A stretch of 64,000 bases of DNA. Origin: Terriglobia bacterium (GTDB lineage Bacteria; Acidobacteriota; Terriglobia; 20CM-2-55-15). Location: contig CBDAOY010000008.1 of the NCBI GenBank assembly GCA_965198225.1, positions 224,001-288,000 on the forward strand. The letters run 5' to 3'. Below, piece by piece: positions 59,124-64,000 of this stretch. The notes beneath the pieces were generated by a model that was not told the origin of the DNA, did no database searches, and was given only the letters and a program-made list of their open reading frames with translations. Within the stretch, counting starts at the first letter, position 1, and each line of letters begins with the position of its first letter. The translations under genes were made by a program, and so were the position numbers.

Positions 59124-59527
59124 GCCGATCCGGGGACCGACCCGTCAGCCTCCTGTTCGTTTGCGTCGAGAACTCCAACCGCAGTCAGATGGCCGAAGCG
59201 TTCGCACGCATCCACGGCGGCAGTCGTGTTGAGGCGTACAGCTCCGGCTCGAGACCTTCAGGGAAGGTCAACCCCAAGGCCGTCGCTTCGATGCAGGAGC
59301 TCGGTTACGAACTGACTTCCCACCAGCCCAAGTCGCTCTCGGAGATACCCGACGTCGAATACGACTTCGTCGCGACGATGGGCTGCGGAGATGAGTGCCC
59401 CTGGGTGCGCTCGAAGCGGCGCGAGGACTGGGACATCCCGGACCCGAAAAACATGGAGCCGGAACAATTTCGCGAAGTGCGGGGCTTGATCGAACAAAAA
59501 GTCAAAGGAGTCCTGGAAAGTTTGTAG
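59120..59527 (+). CDS. arsC: Arsenate reductase, LMW-PTP fold
   Basis: GTGA overlap; FVCVENSNRSQMAEA P-loop; MGCGDECP; WDIPDPK. Confidence 0.85.
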   Translation: MSRSGDRPVSLLFVCVENSNRSQMAEAFARIHGGSRVEAYSSGSRPSGKVNPKAVASMQELGYELTSHQPKSLSEIPDVEYDFVATMGCGDECPWVRSKRREDWDIPDPKNMEPEQFREVRGLIEQKVKGVLESL

Positions 59528-59574
59528 CGGCAGTAGCTGCTTTGCGAAAAGTACCGCGAGAGAGCACATGTGAG

Positions 59575-59598
59575 GGGGACAGGGCTAGCCCTGTCCCC
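59575..59598. repeat. Perfect 24-bp palindrome centred on CTAG
   Basis: GGGGACAGGGCTAGCCCTGTCCCC. Confidence 0.7.
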
Positions 59599-59650
59599 GC
59601 TGGTTGTTGAGCAGAAAAGTTGGCGAGGGCAGGTGACAAGGGAAACCACT

Positions 59651-59712
59651 ACCCAACTCCCCTCCTCATCTGAGGAGGGGTGGCCCGAAGCGCCGGGTGG
59701 TGTTGATCAGGA
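59651..59712. repeat. Palindromic direct repeat, left of higBA
   Basis: CCCCTCCTCATCTGAGGAGGGG..GAAGCGCCGGGTGGTGTTGATCAGGA. Confidence 0.8.
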
Positions 59713-60021
59713 GCCGGCGTTCGAGAGAATTTCGACTTCCTCGTCCAAAGCTTTCCCAAGTCGGTCCTTCTCGACTTCCAGGTCATATCGATTCTGCAGG
59801 TTGAGCCAAAAGCGTTCCGAGGTCCCAAAAAAGCGACTCAATCGTAGCGCCGTGTTCGCACTGATTGAACGCTTGCCATGCACAATTTCATTGATGCGGC
59901 GAGGGGGGACGCTAATGCCCTTCGCCAACCGATACTGGCTCAACCGAAGTGGCACCAGAAAATCCTCGAGCAGGATTTCCCCCGGGTGAATCGGCTCTAG
60001 AATTTTCTTCCCCATGTTCAT
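59707..60021 (-). CDS. higA: HigA-family antitoxin
   Basis: PIHPGEILLEDFL, RRINEIVHGKRSISANTALRLSRFFGTS.RFWLNLQ; start 60021 or 60015. Confidence 0.92.
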   Translation of the reverse strand: MNMGKKILEPIHPGEILLEDFLVPLRLSQYRLAKGISVPPRRINEIVHGKRSISANTALRLSRFFGTSERFWLNLQNRYDLEVEKDRLGKALDEEVEILSNAGS

Positions 60022-60305
60022 CCTCGGTGATAGTCGACGATTTCGACCGCCTGCGCGTCGGAGCTCTTCCACACGAAGCAGATACGCCACTGATCATTGA
60101 TTCGGATGCTGTGTTGTCCTTTTCTATTGCCGCGAAGCCGCTCCAACCGATTGCCTGGTGGAGTACGCAGGTCACTCAGCGACTCCGCAGCGTCAATCTG
60201 AAGCAGCCTCCGCAGTGCGACCCGTTGGAGTTGCTTCGGAAGAGCCCTACTACGCTCACGAACAAACAGTTTCTCGGTCTCTTTGTCAGCAAAGCTCCGG
60301 ATCAC
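60018..60305 (-). CDS. higB: HigB (RelE/ParE-superfamily) toxin
   Basis: GTG start IRSFADKETEKLF; PPGNRLERLRG; HSIRINDQWRICF; VEIVDYH. Confidence 0.92.
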   Translation of the reverse strand: MIRSFADKETEKLFVRERSRALPKQLQRVALRRLLQIDAAESLSDLRTPPGNRLERLRGNRKGQHSIRINDQWRICFVWKSSDAQAVEIVDYHRG

Positions 60306-60311
60306 ATGAAA

Positions 60312-60346
60312 AGCATAACGCCACGCATTATTAACGTCAAACGTTA
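60312..60346 (-). promoter_or_regulatory. higBA promoter with two overlapping operator palindromes
   Basis: TTGACG-N17-TATGCT 6 nt before GTG (leaderless); ATAACGCCACGCATTAT and TAACGTCAAACGTTA. Confidence 0.75.
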
Positions 60347-60441
60347 TGTCCTTCAAAAGCAAGGGGGCTGACTTCAAATCGCTGTTGGATGAGTTGGAGG
60401 GAAGTGTGAGTGAACCAGCAGTCTGCGCCTGCGGCGCATCC

Positions 60442-60567
60442 ACCCAAACTCCCCTCCTCAGATGAGGAGGGGTGGCGCGAAGCGCCGGGGTGGTGTTGAT
60501 CAGGAAGAACCACCCCGTCTGCACTTGCTGTGCATCCTCCCCTCCTTATATCCAAGGAGGGGAGTTC
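60442..60567. repeat. Palindromic repeat doublet, right of higBA
   Basis: CCCCTCCTCAGATGAGGAGGGG..TGTTGATCAGGA then CTCCCCTCCTT-ATATCC-AAGGAGGGGAG. Confidence 0.8.
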
Positions 60568-60606
60568 GGAGTTGGGGGCAAGTGAGATGTATGCTCTTTT
60601 AACGGC

Positions 60607-60933
60607 CTACGGCCTACGACTTCCCCCCGGCGACTGCGTTTCTTCCAGGTAGTCCAGGATGATCTTTCGGTCTTGCGGGGACGGTGCTCCCATTCCCTGG
60701 TCGTTGATCATGTCGGTGATCACCTGGTCCCACTGGGATCGTGTCAACTCTGCACCGGTGATCAAGCCGGCGTCATGGCATCCGAGACAATGCTCCTCGG
60801 CGACCTTCAGCCCCGTGCCCGGTTTCAATTCCTGGGCTTCCACTCCGCGCGCCTCCGGCTGCGCGCCGACATATGCCGCCGCGAGGAGTAATGCCACTAG
60901 CAAAAGAAAAACTCTCCTGAGGGTGATTTCCAC
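60607..60933 (-). CDS. Small monoheme cytochrome c, SorB-like partner of sulfite dehydrogenase
   Basis: Signal peptide, CLGCH, WDQVITDM..QGM..ILDYL; start GTG 60933 (or ATG 60951). Confidence 0.8.
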   Translation of the reverse strand: MEITLRRVFLLLVALLLAAAYVGAQPEARGVEAQELKPGTGLKVAEEHCLGCHDAGLITGAELTRSQWDQVITDMINDQGMGAPSPQDRKIILDYLEETQSPGGSRRP

Positions 60934-60955
60934 GCGTCCTTCCTCTCGCATCCAG

Positions 60956-61224
60956 CAGCCCGTGGCAGAAGTCTGATGGCTCGCGTTACGGCGGCGTCGC
61001 GCCAGATGCTAGGCGCCGCGCCGACCGATCTGCGGGTCCCGAGAAATGTCGCGTGGCAACAACGCCCGCGTGTGACGCCGCCGTAACCCTCCGGGCGCAC
61101 GGGGGTTGCGGTCGGATACTTTGTTGCTCGTCGTCATGATGAAACCGCATCAGTTCCTCCTCGCGCCTCGTCTCCGCCTCGCAAGACCCGTGCGCGCGAA
61201 CCATCAGACTTCTGCCACTGGCTG
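60956..61224. mobile_element. MITE-like palindromic element, copy E3 (269 bp)
   Basis: TIR CAGCCCGTGGCAGAAGTCTGATGG / CCATCAGACTTCTGCCACTGGCTG; flanks CCAG and CTAG. Confidence 0.8.
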
Positions 61225-62532
61225 CTAGGCGATAGTCACAGCCACGCGGTGCATGACGTTGTTCAGGTAGCCCCGCGGATTCCAGCCGGGCACGATCGGC
61301 GGTTGGGTCCTACCGTTCGAGTCAGTGGCTCGCGCCCACACTTCGTAATAGCCCCGAACGGGAAAACCGATCTCTGTTTCCCACCGTTGCCACGCATACG
61401 GGTTCACCGGTTCCGCCAGTCGGGTGGCGTGCCAGGCCTGTCCGAAGTCGTAACTCACGTCGACACGCGATACCGTTTGGTCGCCCGCCCATGCCTTGCC
61501 CCGGACAGTTACTGTCTGGCCCAGCGGCGCCGTGGTTTCGGTCTCGGGTCGGGTGATCAAAGATTTGACCGGCAAGGAATGGATGATCTCCATTTCCTCC
61601 TGCGGAACATCTGCTCCCGCCTGGACCGGGTACTTGTTGATCCGGTAGGAGTAGCCCGTCATCCCGCGACCGTCGTGCTCTTGGTCGCGAATCTGGATTC
61701 GATTGATCCATTTCGCTGACGCCGAGCCCGGCCATCCGGGTATCACCATGCGGACCGGGAATCCATGGATTGCCGGAACCGGCTGTCCGTTCATTTCCCA
61801 CGCGAGCAGGTTGTAGGGGCTCATCGCTTTCGAAATCGGAACGCCGCGGGACAGGGCGACCAGCTCCGGGTTCCGGCTCAGGTGGACGTCGTCGCAGTGA
61901 TTCGCGGTGTAGACGGCCGTCGGCTTCACGCCCGCAGCAGCGAGCACGTCCGCCATGCTGACCCCGGTCCACCGCGAGCACGCGATCGCGCCGACGGTCC
62001 ACTGCATCCCGCTCGGGTGTGGATCGTAACCGGCCCGCCCGTTTCCGGTGCACTCGAGTTGAAGATTCCAGCTGCGGGTCGGAAAATTCCGCTTGAGGTC
62101 GTCGAGCGAAAGCTCCAGCGGCCGCTCGACCTCGCCGTCGACCACCAGCCTGTAGCCCGTGCTGTCCATCCGCTCGGCCATCGAGCCCATGTTTCCGTTA
62201 TTCCGTACGTAGTGGTATTTGATCGGCGTGACGTCGTCGTCCAGTTGATGCGCCCGGGCTTCAGCCCCGACAGGGCGCTGGTTCAGGACCACAAGGTCTT
62301 TGCCTTGGAGCAGTGGGTGAGTGCCCTCTTGTGCGAGCGCGACGGGAACCAACCCGGAGGGCATGTTCCGCGCGAAAGGGATGTGAGCGCCGACGGCCAC
62401 CATCATTGCCGTCAACCCGGCTCCATTCAGGAAGCCGCGTCGAGTGATCGGATCCGCCTTCCGACCCCAGATCAAAGAGTCTGCCCGCTCCGGGTCCCGG
62501 TATAGCTCGAAGATGTCTGTCTCCCGCTTCAT
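61225..62532 (-). CDS. Tat-exported sulfite dehydrogenase (SorA/SorT-like)
   Basis: TRRGFL; HYVRNNG; LECTGNGR; HGFPVR..PGWPGSASAKW; WNPRGYLNN. Confidence 0.88.
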   Translation of the reverse strand: MKRETDIFELYRDPERADSLIWGRKADPITRRGFLNGAGLTAMMVAVGAHIPFARNMPSGLVPVALAQEGTHPLLQGKDLVVLNQRPVGAEARAHQLDDDVTPIKYHYVRNNGNMGSMAERMDSTGYRLVVDGEVERPLELSLDDLKRNFPTRSWNLQLECTGNGRAGYDPHPSGMQWTVGAIACSRWTGVSMADVLAAAGVKPTAVYTANHCDDVHLSRNPELVALSRGVPISKAMSPYNLLAWEMNGQPVPAIHGFPVRMVIPGWPGSASAKWINRIQIRDQEHDGRGMTGYSYRINKYPVQAGADVPQEEMEIIHSLPVKSLITRPETETTAPLGQTVTVRGKAWAGDQTVSRVDVSYDFGQAWHATRLAEPVNPYAWQRWETEIGFPVRGYYEVWARATDSNGRTQPPIVPGWNPRGYLNNVMHRVAVTIA

Positions 62533-62687
62533 AGTCGCTCCTCGTGGTTGTTACCGTGCCAATTGTAGTCGAGGCAGAGATCAACATGGGAGAGAAACAG
62601 AGGTTTGCGATCAGCCTTCAGCTAGTTCGGAAACCGGACGACAGTCCCACCGATTGAGCTGATAGCTGACTGCTGACAGCACGCTGG

Positions 62688-63044
62688 TTAATCCGAGAGC
62701 AAATTGTCAAAAAGTGAGGATCCAGCGTCTACTCGGAGAACGACCGCGGTTCCGTAGGCGAGTAGCTCGGCCATGTTGGCAGCGATGTAAGAGGTGATGA
62801 AATGGGTGCCGATGATGGCGTTTCCACCGAGACTCTTAGCCTCAGACACCATGTGGTCGACCGCTTGTTCGCGGCTTTCAGCCAGGAGCTTGGTGTACTC
62901 GTGCACCTCGCCCCCTACGATCCCGCGGAGGGCGGCCATGATGTCCCGGCCCAGGTGGCGGGCCCGAACGGTGTTCCCGCGGACGAGCCCCAGCGTCCGG
63001 ACGATTCGTTTTCCGGCTATGGAATCAGTGGTCACAACGATCAT
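62688..63044 (-). CDS. YbjQ/UPF0145 family protein
   Basis: LGLVRGNTVRARHLGRD, GGEVHEYT, ELLAYGTAV. Confidence 0.88.
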   Translation of the reverse strand: MIVVTTDSIAGKRIVRTLGLVRGNTVRARHLGRDIMAALRGIVGGEVHEYTKLLAESREQAVDHMVSEAKSLGGNAIIGTHFITSYIAANMAELLAYGTAVVLRVDAGSSLFDNLLSD

Positions 63045-63478
63045 TTCTTCACTCCTCTGTAACGGTCATGCGGCAGTTCGAGCAATCGTTGCCGGAGGAC
63101 GGAGATCAGCAAAAGAGCCATGCCGACCACAATCGCCCCGGCCGAGAGGTTCTCGAACGTCATCAGGTCCGGATCCGTCAGGAAGAGATACACGCCGTAG
63201 ATCGCCCAGACGGCGAAGCCCATCAGCAACAGGAGCCAGCCGGCCTTCCGGGGCACCTGTACCGACATTCGTTCCTCCAGCTTTTCCATTTCTTCCTCCG
63301 TGGGTTCGCGGAACCGGGTCGCGGAGGTCGCCTCCTGCAGAGTCCGCAGCTGGTCCAGTGTCCGACGACACTCATCGCAAGTTTCCAGGTGGACGCGAAC
63401 AGTTTGGCCCTCCTGTTGGGTCAGTTCGTCATCCATGTACGCCGAAATCAACTCTCGGACTTTTTCGTGTGCACTCAC
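63041..63478 (-). CDS. Zinc-binding (zf-HC2) transmembrane anti-sigma factor
   Basis: LISAYMDDEL, HLETCDEC, two TM helices; overlaps sigma gene. Confidence 0.85.
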   Translation of the reverse strand: MSAHEKVRELISAYMDDELTQQEGQTVRVHLETCDECRRTLDQLRTLQEATSATRFREPTEEEMEKLEERMSVQVPRKAGWLLLLMGFAVWAIYGVYLFLTDPDLMTFENLSAGAIVVGMALLLISVLRQRLLELPHDRYRGVKK

Positions 63479-63975
63479 AAGTACCTCTCCAGGTCCTGGC
63501 GTAGTTTTTCCCGGGCATGATGCAGTCTGGACGTCACGGTCGTCATGGGCGCATCGACTGTACTTCCGATCTCCGCATATGTCATGCCGTGCACGTCGCG
63601 CAGGATGACCACCTCGCGCTGTTCTTCGGGCAGCTTGCCGATCGCCTCCCAGATCCGGGTTCTGAGTTCCAGCTGTCGGGGGAGCGGAAGCGAGCCCTCG
63701 GTTGAAGGTTCGATCATGTTCTCCAGCGCGTATTCTTTCCGCGAATTTCGCCGGCGCAGGTGGTCGATCGCGACGTTTCGCAGGATCCGGTAGAACCAGG
63801 GAACCAGCGAACGATCGGGATCGCGCCGGGCCCAGTTGCGATGGACCTTGAGAAAGGCCTCCTGGGTCAGGTCCATCGCGTCTTCGCGATTGCCGACCAT
63901 CTGCAGTATGAAATGGAAGGCACGTACCCGATGTTGTTTGACGAGCAGGCTGAGCTCTTCGGCGTTCGTTGTCAC
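63475..63975 (-). CDS. ECF sigma-70 factor
   Basis: DAMDLTQEAFLK, WFYRILRN..IDHLRR, LPEEQREVVIL..MTYAEI..SRLHHAREKL. Confidence 0.9.
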   Translation of the reverse strand: MTTNAEELSLLVKQHRVRAFHFILQMVGNREDAMDLTQEAFLKVHRNWARRDPDRSLVPWFYRILRNVAIDHLRRRNSRKEYALENMIEPSTEGSLPLPRQLELRTRIWEAIGKLPEEQREVVILRDVHGMTYAEIGSTVDAPMTTVTSRLHHAREKLRQDLERYL

Positions 63976-64000
63976 AGCTTCTTCGATTTGAATGATCGCC

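Noticed and set aside
544-62505. Many long antisense or alternate-frame ORFs (e.g. 6405-7538, 10961-12190, 22221-23528, 26315-27484)
   Set aside because: Expected in high-GC coding DNA; they overlap well-supported genes and lack motifs
62688-62735. Possible foreign (IS-end) sequence replacing the ybjQ C-terminus
   Set aside because: Tail looks atypical and AT-richer, but no partner inverted repeat or transposase remnant was found

Overview
GC-rich bacterial DNA, very probably Acidobacteriota (inferred from Oar-type TonB-dependent receptors, duplicated orphan ABC permeases with PadR, and PSD/DUF1592 proteins). The dominant feature is four paralogous three-gene cassettes, each encoding a di-heme PSD/DUF1592-family protein, a Tat-signal DUF1552 (HXXSHH) protein and a secreted ankyrin-repeat protein. 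They are arranged <- -> <- -> over about 37 kb and interleaved mostly with genes for exported proteins (c-type cytochromes, a hepta-heme TPR protein, a TonB receptor, NHL, SnoaL and MBL proteins; a second TonB receptor and two VOC proteins flank the array). The window also carries suyAB (sulfolactate sulfo-lyase), two sulfite-oxidase-family molybdoenzymes (one with a SorB-like cytochrome), an intact IS4-family element with 9-bp target duplication inside a decayed permease, aquaporin-arsC, higBA and an ECF sigma/anti-sigma operon. The non-coding DNA is rich in palindromic repeats: GTAG-type REP doublet arrays, a second GTAG-ended ~160-bp element, and three ~265-bp CTAG-flanked elements that conserve a branched fold rather than sequence, show an internally inverted arm and one nested insertion. 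No rRNA, tRNA, CRISPR array or cas gene was recognised. All calls are by eye; no searches were run.
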